From positions 163,037-227,036 of the forward strand of contig JBAZNQ010000001.1 of assembly GCA_041649135.1 (NCBI GenBank): a DNA stretch of 64,000 bases. The letters are read 5' to 3'. Within the stretch, counting starts at the first letter, position 1, and each line of letters starts with the position of its first letter. The notes under the pieces are model-generated. The model was not told the DNA's origin. It saw only the letters and a program-made list of their open reading frames with translations, and searched no databases. The stretch comes from Patescibacteria group bacterium. Its GTDB lineage: Bacteria > Patescibacteriota > Kazan-3B-28. This document shows positions 29,554 to 40,006 of this stretch, piece after piece. The translations under genes were made by a program, and so were the position numbers.

Positions 29554-29994
29554 CTAAGAAGCACCTAGCAACTTCTCGAGAAAAACTCGGATATCCCCCA
29601 AAACAAAATCGTCCTTGGGGAACACACGGGGAGTCATGTCTGGCATTGCCATTGTCCACTCACTCACGACTTTCTCAATGTCACCATTCGTAGCAATGCA
29701 GACAACCGGTGGCACCCATCCATGTTCGACAGCAATCTGTTGTAATTGCTGAATAACTTGGATGCCAGTCAATTGCGGCATGTCATAATCACATATCGCA
29801 ATCACAGTACGCCATCCCGTTGTTACTGCTTCTCGATACAGACCTAGGAGTATACTGCCATCGTCACAGAGATCGCAACGCCCAATAATCCCACCCCGCT
29901 GCAATTTTTCAAGACGTTTTCTGGCTGTAACCAAGATGCCTCTGGAGTCATCCACCACCAGCACCATCGCCTTATTCAAACGAGTGCCTGACAT
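29554..29994 (-). CDS. stand-alone receiver (CheY-like) domain protein
   Basis: VLVVDDS, ICDYDMPQLTG, FPK. Confidence 0.75.
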   Translation of the reverse strand: MSGTRLNKAMVLVVDDSRGILVTARKRLEKLQRGGIIGRCDLCDDGSILLGLYREAVTTGWRTVIAICDYDMPQLTGIQVIQQLQQIAVEHGWVPPVVCIATNGDIEKVVSEWTMAMPDMTPRVFPKDDFVLGDIRVFLEKLLGAS

Positions 29995-30087
29995 ACCATG
30001 GCTCCTTACAGATGTGGTACACTAAAAGCGTGCTAAATCTCACGACTAGCACCAGAAGTATAATACAGAAGCACATTTCTCGCAAAC

Positions 30088-30372
30088 ATGGTTGAAGGTA
30101 TCGAAGGCCCAAGAGAGCCTAGAAAAGTCGAAGAAATTACCGAAGCACAGCGGAGTGCTAAGGATTTAGAGAACCATGTTCCTCCACCACCAACTATTGA
30201 AACTCCTCCGTCTACACCCAAACCACCCGCAGAACCGAATTTAGATACCGATACTGTCACCATCAGCCCCAAAGCTTATGCACTACTTAAACAATCTCAA
30301 GAAAATAAACCTACCCAACCAGAAAACTTAGACGAAATTCCTGACCCCACCGAAAAAGAAGAATTAGAATAG
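30088..30372 (+). CDS. Pro/Glu-rich hypothetical protein
   Basis: 94 aa ORF ending 2 nt before pth; DTVTISPKA motif. Confidence 0.6.
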   Translation: MVEGIEGPREPRKVEEITEAQRSAKDLENHVPPPPTIETPPSTPKPPAEPNLDTDTVTISPKAYALLKQSQENKPTQPENLDEIPDPTEKEELE

Positions 30373-30374
30373 CT

Positions 30375-30890
30375 ATGACGAAACTCATTATCGGTCTCGG
30401 CAATCCTAGCCCTAAATATGCTTCCACTCGTCACAATGTCGGCTGGATGGTTTTAGATTTGCTGGCCAAACATCTCAATCTAGAATTTACCAATCATGCC
30501 CGTACTGAATCGGTTATCGCCGCCGGCAAAGGCTTTAAACTCCTCAAGCCCCAAACGTTCATGAATGATTCTGGCCGCGCTGTTGCCAAAGCCGCCCGCT
30601 ATTTTGATATTCCGTCTGAAGATATTATTGTTGTCCACGACGACATTGATTTGCCTCTTGCTGCTATTCGTCGCCGACTATCCGGCAGTAGCGGGGGGCA
30701 CAATGGTGTCCAATCCATCATCGAACAACTCCATACCAAAGACTTTGCCAGGATCAAAATCGGCATCGATCGACCAACTGGCCGCATCACCCCCGCTAGT
30801 TATGTTCTCCAGCCATTTACCAAAACCCAACTGACTGACTTAAAGCCAGCCCTCGAAAAAGCTGTTGATTTGTTACTTAAAGAATTGTAG
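30375..30890 (+). CDS. pth: peptidyl-tRNA hydrolase
   Basis: IIGLGNP..Y..TRHNVG, KPQTFMNDSG, HDDID, GGHNG. Confidence 0.97.
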   Translation: MTKLIIGLGNPSPKYASTRHNVGWMVLDLLAKHLNLEFTNHARTESVIAAGKGFKLLKPQTFMNDSGRAVAKAARYFDIPSEDIIVVHDDIDLPLAAIRRRLSGSSGGHNGVQSIIEQLHTKDFARIKIGIDRPTGRITPASYVLQPFTKTQLTDLKPALEKAVDLLLKEL

Positions 30891-30893
30891 GCT

Positions 30894-31143
30894 AAAAAAG
30901 CAAAAGGAAGGAACTATGCCCTTCCCTTTGCCGTAATTCTCCTAGCTTGTCCGGTATCAGCCAAAGCCTTTTACCCAAGCCCTTATGTGAAATTTAATTT
31001 CCAAGGGTGGGGATGCCGGTTGGAATAAGCAGGGAGAAGTTTGCTCGCAACCTCGTACTATCAGATCCCGAGGTGCCGAGGGAAAGCTGATTTTGTGACC
31101 AAACTTCTACCGGCTTGTGATTGGCTTTTTCATAATTGCCAAT
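30894..31143 (-). ncRNA. candidate ncRNA (~250 nt)
   Basis: TTGACT-N17-TATAAT promoter (31178-31150), terminator 30894-30932, internal stems; ATG frames checked close within 8 codons. Confidence 0.5.
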
Positions 31144-31185
31144 TATTTCATTATAACACATAAAAACAATTTAGTCAAGACTTAA

Positions 31186-34100
31186 GTGGGTGAAAGTTTT
31201 TACCGGTCGTTGCTGGAACGCTTTATCAACATTGAGCCGTTCCGACAGTTTGTAACTGTTGCCGGTACCAAATCTCTAACTTTAACTGGGCTCAATCAAT
31301 TTGGGCGAGTGTTAATGTTGGCCGGCCTACGTCAACAACACAATAAACCGATTGTCCTAATCACTAAAAACGATCAGGAAGTATTCAAAATTCAAAAATT
31401 ACTTAGTGAACTCTGGAACATCGAAGCCCTAATTTACCCACCGCTTCGCTCCGATTCACTCAATCGTCAGGAATTTATTACTAATTTCCAACAACGAATT
31501 TTAGTCGGAGAGCAGATGCATCGGGCTGGCGTGATTACATTATTTTCTGGTCGGCATCTCATTGAGCCCTTAAGTGTTCCTTCGACTAGTCTTCGCTTAT
31601 CGGTCGGGGATGACATCTCGCCCATCCAACTCATGGGGGATTTGTCCGCCCTCGGTTTTGAGCGTCAGGTGAAAGTTTTTCAAATCGGTGAAATTGCCAA
31701 TCGGGGAGAGGTGGTAGACATTTTCCCACTCTCTACTGACACTCCGTGGCGAATTACTTTTGCTGGTAACAAAATTGAGCAAATCTATACTTTTGATCCG
31801 CTTGACGGTCGGAAAGGGGAGTCTTATCAAACTATTGAAGTCCCGTCACTCAAAATTAAAAACTTCGCTCCCACTCTCGCCGAATTTCTGGAAGAGCATC
31901 GCCGAGATTTCTTAGTAGTGATGGATCATTCCGAAGAAATTCTTCAATCACTTTATGAGATCTTCATGGCCAGTGAAAATGTCGGATTAGTAAGCCTAAA
32001 TCAATCCCTCAATCGTCTGCCAATTATCAAGATCGAAACCATTGCCTCCACCGAGACTGATCAGTTCAATTTTGAATTTCTCACTCCACCGATCTATTCC
32101 TCTCAAATTGATCGGCTAGTCAAAGATACTAAAAAGTATCTTGCTGAAGGTTGGACAGTTGCGATCGCGACCGACAAGGATCGCTCGATCACCCAAATCT
32201 TCAACGAAGCCAACGTGGCTGTCGATGTTAACCCGATCTTGCTACCAGCTATTAGTGGAATTGGCACTATTATCCCATTGTTAAAAACTCTGATCCTGAC
32301 CGATGAAGAAATTTTTGCTATTGTCACTCATTCCGATGTAAAAACTTCTACCAAACAACAGCGTGTTTTTATGGCCGAGATTCAGCGAGGCGACTACATC
32401 GTTCATACTGATCATGGCATCGGCCGGCTGACTGATGTCCAAAAGATCTCGCTTAGTGGCATCGAGCGTGAGTATTTGATCCTAGATTATGCCAAAGGCG
32501 ATAAATTATACGTTCCTGTTGATCAAATCGACAAAATCTCTAAATATGTCTCTGTTGATGGTCGTGAGCCCCAATTAACTCGACTCTCCAGTCAGTCATG
32601 GAAACGAGTTATTAGTAAAATCCGCAAAGAATCCCACAAATTCGCCAAAGAACTTCTCGATTTATATGCCAAACGCCAATTAAGTCACGGCATCAGTTTT
32701 GATGCCGACTTAAGTTGGGAGAAGGCTTTGGCTGATTCATTTGCTTATCAGGAAACTCCTGACCAAGAAACTGTCATCAATGAAATCTTGCGGGACATGG
32801 AACGCGACAAGCCGATGGACCGGCTATTAGTGGCTGATGTCGGTTTTGGCAAAACCGAAGTGGCTATTCGCGCCGGTTTTAAAGCTGCTACTTCCGGTTA
32901 CCAAGTAGCTGTGCTCGCCCCCACCACTATTTTAGTCGAACAGCATTACAAGACTTTTACTGAACGGTTAAAGTCTTTTGATGTGAAAATCGCTGCTCTT
33001 TCTCGTTTTAAATCTAAATCCGAACAAGCGCAAACTGTTGCTCAAGTCAAACTCGGTGAAGTTGATATCGTAATTGGTACCCACCGATTATTGTCTAAAG
33101 ACATCAGGTTCAAAAATCTCGGATTAATTATTATTGACGAAGAACAGCGCTTCGGCGTCGCGCACAAAGAGAAACTCAAATTACTTCGAAGTGAAGTTGA
33201 TGTCTTATCTCTTACTGCTACCCCCATTCCGCGCACGCTTAATCTAGCACTCTCTGGTATTCGGGACATTTCCGTGATCGAAACTCCGCCTACCAATCGA
33301 TTGCCAATTATTACCTCTGTTGTGCCATATAGTAGCAACACCGTCAAAGATGCTATCGAGCGCGAGATCAAACGTAGCGGACAAGTCTACTTTATTCATA
33401 ATCGGGTTCAGACTATCGATACCGTTCAACATCGGCTCGAACAACTCATGCCGGAGATCAAATTCGTTCATGCTCATGGTCAGATGAGTGAACGCATGCT
33501 GGCAAAAATCATGCAGGATTTCAATCAGCACAAGTACGATGTGTTGATCGCTTCAACGATTATTGAAAACGGCATCGATAATCCCAACGTCAATACTTTA
33601 ATTGTTGATGATGCTGGTCGTTTTGGCCTCTCCCAACTTCATCAGCTTCGCGGTCGAATTGGTCGCGGGCAGGTTCAGGGTTACGCCACTTTTATGTACA
33701 ACAAAGGTAAAATGTCGGAACGAGCTTTAGAACGTCTACGCACCATCCAAGAACATACTGATCTCGGTAGTGGTTACAATATCGCGATGCGGGATATGCA
33801 AATCCGCGGTGCTGGCGGAGTCCTGTCCAAACAACAACACGGCCACATTACCGCCATTGGTCTAAGTCTTTACACCAAACTGATCAATAAAGCCGTTGAA
33901 GAAATGCGCAGCGGCCAAAAAATTGATGTCTCTGATGTTACTATCGATCTGCCGGTTAGCGCCTATTTACCGGTCAAATATGTTGATGCCGAAAGTCAAC
34001 GACTCAAGATTTACCAGACTCTCGGTACGATTGAAGATAAAAAGTTACTCAACGAAGAGTTCAAGCGATTGGAGGAAAACTATGGCAAACTGCCAGTCGA

Positions 34101-34386
34101 AGTTGCCAATCTCAAAAAACTTCTTCATCTCAAACTGACTGCTCTTAGCACCCAGATGATTACTGCCATTACTGCTCGGAATCTGAATCCATCCAATCTC
34201 GCGCCCCTTTATCAAATTACGATTCAATTTACTAAGCCACTTAAACCCAAAACTCTCGAACCTATTGTTGGTCAACTTTCCAGTTTGCAGATAGGGGAGA
34301 AGGACATCAAATTCAACCATTCTGATTTTGGTGGCGATTGGCTAGATGGACTGACCAGATTAGTAGAGCAAATTCACCTAGTCTAG
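31186..34386 (+). CDS. mfd: transcription-repair coupling factor
   Basis: RID domain VHTDHGIG, DVGFGKTEVA, DEEQRFGV, TATPIPRTL, QLRGRIGR, C-terminal TRCF domain. Confidence 0.97.
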   Translation: MGESFYRSLLERFINIEPFRQFVTVAGTKSLTLTGLNQFGRVLMLAGLRQQHNKPIVLITKNDQEVFKIQKLLSELWNIEALIYPPLRSDSLNRQEFITNFQQRILVGEQMHRAGVITLFSGRHLIEPLSVPSTSLRLSVGDDISPIQLMGDLSALGFERQVKVFQIGEIANRGEVVDIFPLSTDTPWRITFAGNKIEQIYTFDPLDGRKGESYQTIEVPSLKIKNFAPTLAEFLEEHRRDFLVVMDHSEEILQSLYEIFMASENVGLVSLNQSLNRLPIIKIETIASTETDQFNFEFLTPPIYSSQIDRLVKDTKKYLAEGWTVAIATDKDRSITQIFNEANVAVDVNPILLPAISGIGTIIPLLKTLILTDEEIFAIVTHSDVKTSTKQQRVFMAEIQRGDYIVHTDHGIGRLTDVQKISLSGIEREYLILDYAKGDKLYVPVDQIDKISKYVSVDGREPQLTRLSSQSWKRVISKIRKESHKFAKELLDLYAKRQLSHGISFDADLSWEKALADSFAYQETPDQETVINEILRDMERDKPMDRLLVADVGFGKTEVAIRAGFKAATSGYQVAVLAPTTILVEQHYKTFTERLKSFDVKIAALSRFKSKSEQAQTVAQVKLGEVDIVIGTHRLLSKDIRFKNLGLIIIDEEQRFGVAHKEKLKLLRSEVDVLSLTATPIPRTLNLALSGIRDISVIETPPTNRLPIITSVVPYSSNTVKDAIEREIKRSGQVYFIHNRVQTIDTVQHRLEQLMPEIKFVHAHGQMSERMLAKIMQDFNQHKYDVLIASTIIENGIDNPNVNTLIVDDAGRFGLSQLHQLRGRIGRGQVQGYATFMYNKGKMSERALERLRTIQEHTDLGSGYNIAMRDMQIRGAGGVLSKQQHGHITAIGLSLYTKLINKAVEEMRSGQKIDVSDVTIDLPVSAYLPVKYVDAESQRLKIYQTLGTIEDKKLLNEEFKRLEENYGKLPVEVANLKKLLHLKLTALSTQMITAITARNLNPSNLAPLYQITIQFTKPLKPKTLEPIVGQLSSLQIGEKDIKFNHSDFGGDWLDGLTRLVEQIHLV

Positions 34387-34510
34387 AGCCAATAATTTGA
34401 CTTGAATCAAATAAGGGGAGTATCTTAAAAGTAACCACTTGAGCGGCAGTGGTGTACCATCCTTGTAGTCTTTATGTTGTCTCACCATTTAAGCAGGAGG
34501 AGCACGCGTC

Positions 34511-34903
34511 ATGGTCATGGCCATAGGGTCAAGGGAATTGCTAGGTCTGATCGTCTTGACGGTTACCACGATGTGGTACTGTGCCAACGAGAAGACGGAT
34601 TATCCCATTAACAATGCCGCCGGAGAACCGGTGAAAGTTAACGGGCGTAATTTTACCGTCAAGATTTCTCGCTTCGACAGTAGCCACTATCAAGCCACGC
34701 TTCGGCTTGGTGACAAAGAAATAGGTAGTCCCGCCATCATTCCCGACAAACGTCGAATCAGTCAGTGCTGCTTGAATGAATGGGCTGGGCTACTCCAAGC
34801 TCTCCTAAAAGAGGAGAGACCAGCACCGGACAGTAGTCGATTGATTCTACCGTCGTCGGTTTCATCACCGTCAGCTACTGCAACACCTAGCCTTGCTGGG
34901 TAG
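34511..34903 (+). CDS. hypothetical protein
   Basis: AGGAGGAG RBS, TTGACT promoter, terminator 34969-35003. Confidence 0.6.
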   Translation: MVMAIGSRELLGLIVLTVTTMWYCANEKTDYPINNAAGEPVKVNGRNFTVKISRFDSSHYQATLRLGDKEIGSPAIIPDKRRISQCCLNEWAGLLQALLKEERPAPDSSRLILPSSVSSPSATATPSLAG

Positions 34904-35073
34904 CAGGCCGTTCCAAAAGCCACCAGTCCGCTCAAGTTTAGTGGTTCGAGGAGAAAGGCGTAATTCTAGGGTCAGAGTAATGTTACTCTGACCCTTTCTC
35001 TTTATAAGATTATCTTGACTGAAAGCAGAAAATCTGTAAAAATCAACCAGTACCTTAACCTTACCGTGGAGGG

Positions 35074-35466
35074 ATGATTGCCATGATCGTAGACAAGAAA
35101 ATGATAGAGCAGGTGATACAAGCCGTAAAACGACTCACTCACCACCCAGAAGAATCCCGACGCCTGCTAGTATGTTCTCACCCTAAGGCCGAAATCTTGG
35201 TCGAGCGAAGGAGAACGGAGGAAGATGACACTCTTCTCATCCGCTTTTGGGTCGGTGACGATGACAAACCATCCGATCGCTACCAGATACCCTTCCATCT
35301 GCTATTCAAAGAGCCAGTAATAACGTTGGAAAAAGTGACAATCTTTGTGCAGCAATTCGAGATACCGCACAATCGCTCGCTGTCTCCGGCGGAAAGAGTT
35401 GTCCACGGAGGCAGTTATACTGGCCGCAATGGCAATCATGCCGGAGGTGGTTTCGGAGATCGATAG
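35074..35466 (+). CDS. hypothetical protein
   Basis: GGAGG RBS, TTGACT promoter, downstream hairpin-T. Confidence 0.6.
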   Translation: MIAMIVDKKMIEQVIQAVKRLTHHPEESRRLLVCSHPKAEILVERRRTEEDDTLLIRFWVGDDDKPSDRYQIPFHLLFKEPVITLEKVTIFVQQFEIPHNRSLSPAERVVHGGSYTGRNGNHAGGGFGDR

Positions 35467-35680
35467 GGGACTACGGCGCAAACGGAAAGATAGAGGTTCT
35501 GTCAAAAACGGAGCCTCTTTTTATTAATTCTGTTTATTCCCTTAATAGTTTTTATCAATCTCAAATAAAGAACAAAACAATTTGAAATAAAATCCTACAC
35601 CTCCTCTGGAGATAGACAACGTCGCACATTGTATCTTGTACGACATTACATCAAGGATAAGGAGAACACCCCTTCCTTCG

Positions 35681-36503
35681 TCATTCCGAGTGAAACGAAG
35701 AATCCAGCAAAGCGTTTATCAATTTCTTTTTATCTTGACCTTGAATCCGACTTCGAATTTTCCAATTCGTTTTTGCAGATGGACTGACTACTATCGCCCA
35801 AGGCTCAATTGCCACCTCCCCGACCTCTGATACTCGTAAAGCTAAATACAGGTCTTCTGGGGCCAATGAAAAGGCCTACTAGCCAACCTTTGTCATTGCG
35901 AGAAGTTTTACGACGAAGCAATCTACTCCCGTCATCCTGAATTAATTTCAGGATCTTTAAAATCGGAACATAAATCGGCTTCAACCAGAAGAAATCTAAA
36001 CTCATCAACCAGGAGGCTAGCCCACCAGTCAACCAGACTCCCCCACCGACCGCTGAAACGACGCTCCTTGACTTTTTAGATTCGTCGTCCTGAGCGTAGT
36101 CGAAGGATCTATCATCAAATCTGGAAATCAGCTTTTGGAGCCAGTTTTTAGATGCGACCGAATCCCCGTCAATGCATGCAACGATTTCTCCCCGCACTTC
36201 CTTAAAGCCTCTAATTCTGGCATAAACAATTCCGCTCGGCCCATTCTCCTCAACAACTCTCCAATTTGTCCCGTCCTTCGCGTGCCCCGTTGTCATTCCT
36301 GCGAAGGCAGGAATCCATTTTTGCTCCTTATCATCATCCTGACTTGACCAGAATCTTTTCGCGATCTCCACCGTCTTATCACTACAATTATGCGCCACCA
36401 AAATAACCTCATCCGGCATCAAAGTCTGCTGTTGAATTGATTTCAAACACCGCGCAATATTACCCGCTTCATTGTGGGCAACAATTAATACCGATATCTT
36501 CAT
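35681..36503 (-). pseudogene. family 2 glycosyltransferase, frameshifted and carrying several palindromic inserts
   Basis: ISVLIVAHNEA, CIDGD (DxD); the C-terminal EDLYLALR motif lies in another frame (35681-35866); six GTCA-type palindromes inside. Confidence 0.7.
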
Positions 36504-36566
36504 GTGATGTCCCTATAATTGGAGATTGGACATTGGCGAATTGGACATTAAAACCGCCTCGCGGTT

Positions 36567-37094
36567 TTAATGTCCCTCCGGTTGGATTACGGCATTTTCA
36601 ACCGCCGCCCAATGTGAATCTTCATTACTTTCTGGAACTAGAATCGTTATCTGATCTCCCGGCGTTAGTTTAAAGTAAGTCACCGAGGCCAACAGAACAG
36701 CATAGGATTTGCCGCCAGCGACTACTTTATATTCATCATCTTCATAAACCAGCGTGCCCAAAAGTTTTTTACGGTCAACTGGTCCAATTTGTTTAAAGAT
36801 AAACGAGCCATCGTCTTGGATCGTCAGCTTTAACACATCCCCTACCACCAATTTAGATTTGCTGGCGTAGTTAGCTGGTACGGGATACTTCTTGCCGTCG
36901 TGGTCCAACATATACTGACCGTCGAACACACCTTCAACCACGTTGCCCTCGGACTTCAAATTAACAGCTCTACCACCCACATCATCAAATTGGACTCCTA
37001 TCAGTTCTGTTAAAACCTGTTTGGCTGATGCCAAATTAGCGGTCGCTGTTTCCAACAACTGCTTTACCATCTCGATTTTTGCTTTGTCTGCCAT
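36567..37094 (-). CDS. conserved hypothetical protein
   Basis: VVEGVFDGQYM..GKKYPVPANYASKSKLV.GD; AAGGAG RBS. Confidence 0.85.
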   Translation of the reverse strand: MADKAKIEMVKQLLETATANLASAKQVLTELIGVQFDDVGGRAVNLKSEGNVVEGVFDGQYMLDHDGKKYPVPANYASKSKLVVGDVLKLTIQDDGSFIFKQIGPVDRKKLLGTLVYEDDEYKVVAGGKSYAVLLASVTYFKLTPGDQITILVPESNEDSHWAAVENAVIQPEGH

Positions 37095-37247
37095 TTTTTA
37101 TTTCTCCTTTCACTTGGGACATTTTATGTTCCCTTACTTCTATTTTTCCAACTTTGGAACGTTTGACGTTCCGAAGCATTGTAATTGATCTCGCCTTCAC
37201 TGTCAATCTCCCACATTGGTTTAGATTGGTGAGATTGAATAGATTGA

Positions 37248-39641
37248 TTAGACTCCCCCTAATCCCGTATCTTTGGTGTACTTAATCCTTTCTCCAACTT
37301 GCATCTCTACTAGTCGTTTATCTTTCCCAAATTTTAAGCGCGCCAACTGACGGATCGCTTCCGCAATCTTTGGGTTACCTTCACCCATTGGCGGCAAAGC
37401 CTGCAAAGTAAATGGCCGACTCAACATCCCGTCAATCATCAATTTGACGTAGGCATTTCTATTTTCAATGTTGATCAAATCATTTTGACTAACATCTGGC
37501 TCAAATTGTTTCCCGATCGCTTCCGCATCCGGCGCACCGATCGTAAACGCTACCAATGAACCCACATTGCCAAATACCGCATCCCGGATCTTTTCTTCCA
37601 ACTGGGCAACAAATTGGTGCGCAATCGTCAAATTTAGTTTGTATTTCCGCGCCTCCGACAAAATCGTCGCGATCGAATCCGTGGTTACATTCTGGAACTC
37701 ATCAATATATAAATAGAAATCCTGACGTGCGCTCTCCGGCATATCCGCACGGCTAAGCGCCGCCATCTGCATCTTTGAGACCAGAATAAAGCCCAATAGG
37801 TTGCTGTTAATATCGCCAGTCAAACCCTTAGCCAGATTGACTAACAAAATCTTTTTGTTGTCCATCACATCACGGATATCAAACGAACTCTTAGCCTGAC
37901 CAACAATATTTCGCATCATTTCGTTACTAATAAACCGGCCGATTTTACTGATGATGTAGGAGAACAACTCCCCTACCTGATTACTTTTTTCGGCTTGGAC
38001 GAATTCCTCTTTCCAGAATCGCTGTACTGTCGGATCTGTTACCGAAGTCAATTTCGCCTCTCGAAACGCTTTGTCAGTAAACACCCTCGGGATATCAATT
38101 AGGGTCGCTCCTCCCCTTTCGTCTGCCAATAATAACAACATGGCATTGCGCATATAATGTTCAAAAATCGGGCCAACGATCCCAGAACTATTTGGATCAA
38201 ATAATTTATAAAAGATCGAGATCATCTCCGACACCACCATATCTTTTTCGGCTGGCGTCTTTGCTTCCAACAAGTTCAAGCCCAATGGTCGGTCAATGTC
38301 CGGCGGATAGAAATGAATCACATCATCAACTCGTAGTTTGGGTATTCTCTGTAATAACCACTCGATCATGTCGCCGTGAGGATCAATTACGCACACTCCC
38401 TCGCCATTATTAATATCCTGCAGAGCCAAATTTTGCATCCAAGTAGATTTGCCGGTACCAGTTTTACCAATCACGTAAATGTGCCGGCGTCTATCATCCC
38501 GGGAAATCCGCACTTGTTTTTCCATACCGCGAAAAACATTTTTCCCCAGCAGTATTCCTTCTTTGGGAAGATTTTCCGGTGCTACCAATCGTTTAGCTTT
38601 CAACCATCGCACATTCGGAGTTTCGGTCTTAGCCGTTGGCAAATGAAATATGGTCGCCAACTCTTCCGTATTCAAAATATCTGCATCTCTGGAATTACCA
38701 AATTGACGTAGAACATAATTACTCAATACTTCACCCTCTGGAATTTTTGCTGGCACCAAAGCATTGAGTTCCGGCGCATTAAATTGCAAGAAACTATCTA
38801 TCAATGTTTTTAAATGACTCCTCGCCTGAAGATCATCCGCCGCGGCCGCTACCAATCGAATTACCACCTCAAAACCAGTCTTTGATGCTTTAGTCTCCAC
38901 CGCCCGAATTACATCTTCCTGACCAGACGTAATTGGCTTGGGCGCAGATTTATTTTCTTCTGGTTGGGTAGTTGTTACTAATCCCCCCAATCCTTTTAAC
39001 ACTCCTTCGCCAATACTTCCGCCGCCACCTTTGCCCTGTTGCAGATTCTTAGCCGCCTGATGAGCTTGTTTCGCCCAACGATTGTCTGCTACTGGTCGAA
39101 ACGCCACTTGGATCGCCGCTCCTGCACCACTATCGGCCAATTTGCTCAAAGCATTAGTCAATGCCCCCAATCCATCCACCGCCAACGTTTGATAAGTTCG
39201 CAACGGAAAATAAGTTGGCTTCTTTAGCTGCAACTGAATACTGGCTACCCGTCCCTCTTTTACAAAAAAATTCGGATACGGTGCTTTTTCTACAATTGCG
39301 TCCGAATACTGTGAAGTGATTTGCTTTTCCACAAAATCTACCAATTCACTTGGTACATTCATATAAAAAGTAATCAACTCTTGTTCAGTTGCTATCTCAA
39401 AAGTCAGATGCCGCTCCCCTACCACATCTCGAATTCCTCCCAGATTACTAAAAATTGCCTCCATTGGAGCAATCATCGACTTCAAATCGGCCTGCGGATC
39501 ATCTTTTGGCCGCGGCACTGCAATCATCAAATTAGTTCGAGTCCGAATGTTGTCTTGGCTCACCCGCCCACTTTTTCTAAATAAAAACACTCCCCCAACC
39601 GAGATTAAAGCCAAGGTTAAAATTAAGTAAAACCAAAGCAT
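37248..39641 (-). CDS. VirD4/TraD-like (HerA-FtsK superfamily) ATPase
   Basis: RRHIYVIGKTGTGKS, IDPHGD, LYIDEFQN, LSEARKY, AHQF; N-terminal TM. Confidence 0.9.
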   Translation of the reverse strand: MLWFYLILTLALISVGGVFLFRKSGRVSQDNIRTRTNLMIAVPRPKDDPQADLKSMIAPMEAIFSNLGGIRDVVGERHLTFEIATEQELITFYMNVPSELVDFVEKQITSQYSDAIVEKAPYPNFFVKEGRVASIQLQLKKPTYFPLRTYQTLAVDGLGALTNALSKLADSGAGAAIQVAFRPVADNRWAKQAHQAAKNLQQGKGGGGSIGEGVLKGLGGLVTTTQPEENKSAPKPITSGQEDVIRAVETKASKTGFEVVIRLVAAAADDLQARSHLKTLIDSFLQFNAPELNALVPAKIPEGEVLSNYVLRQFGNSRDADILNTEELATIFHLPTAKTETPNVRWLKAKRLVAPENLPKEGILLGKNVFRGMEKQVRISRDDRRRHIYVIGKTGTGKSTWMQNLALQDINNGEGVCVIDPHGDMIEWLLQRIPKLRVDDVIHFYPPDIDRPLGLNLLEAKTPAEKDMVVSEMISIFYKLFDPNSSGIVGPIFEHYMRNAMLLLLADERGGATLIDIPRVFTDKAFREAKLTSVTDPTVQRFWKEEFVQAEKSNQVGELFSYIISKIGRFISNEMMRNIVGQAKSSFDIRDVMDNKKILLVNLAKGLTGDINSNLLGFILVSKMQMAALSRADMPESARQDFYLYIDEFQNVTTDSIATILSEARKYKLNLTIAHQFVAQLEEKIRDAVFGNVGSLVAFTIGAPDAEAIGKQFEPDVSQNDLINIENRNAYVKLMIDGMLSRPFTLQALPPMGEGNPKIAEAIRQLARLKFGKDKRLVEMQVGERIKYTKDTGLGGV

Positions 39642-39958
39642 TAATTAGAATGATTCAAACTATTTACAATTATATACGGAGCACGACCACTATATGGATC
39701 CCTTGATATTACCTCGTTGACCATTCTGATTGGAAGCTCTGGGGATTGTGTCGCCGCTGGTTCAGAGGCTTCGTCAGAAACCCGTTCCAGATCATAAACA
39801 TCCGGCATCAACAACGAATGTTGATCAAAGTTCTTCTCATCAACATCACCATCCAACTGTTGAGCCGCCCACTTATCGTGTCGTTGTCGCCGCTCAACTT
39901 GTTCTTGAATTCTCTTTTCCCCCTCCCGTGAATCCCAACTGAACTTTTCTGGGGTCAT
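39641..39958 (-). CDS. hypothetical protein
   Basis: 105 aa ORF whose stop overlaps the ATPase start. Confidence 0.55.
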   Translation of the reverse strand: MTPEKFSWDSREGEKRIQEQVERRQRHDKWAAQQLDGDVDEKNFDQHSLLMPDVYDLERVSDEASEPAATQSPELPIRMVNEVISRDPYSGRAPYIIVNSLNHSN

Positions 39959-40006
39959 TTGGATTTAATTAAAATCCGATATTATTTTCATTATACCACA
40001 CTTACT

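Noticed and set aside
35466-35681. Gene-strand switch from + to - as a replication terminus
   Set aside because: By eye the + strand stays C-rich on both sides, no dif-like site was seen, and the strand flips again at 63 kb; skew was not computed.
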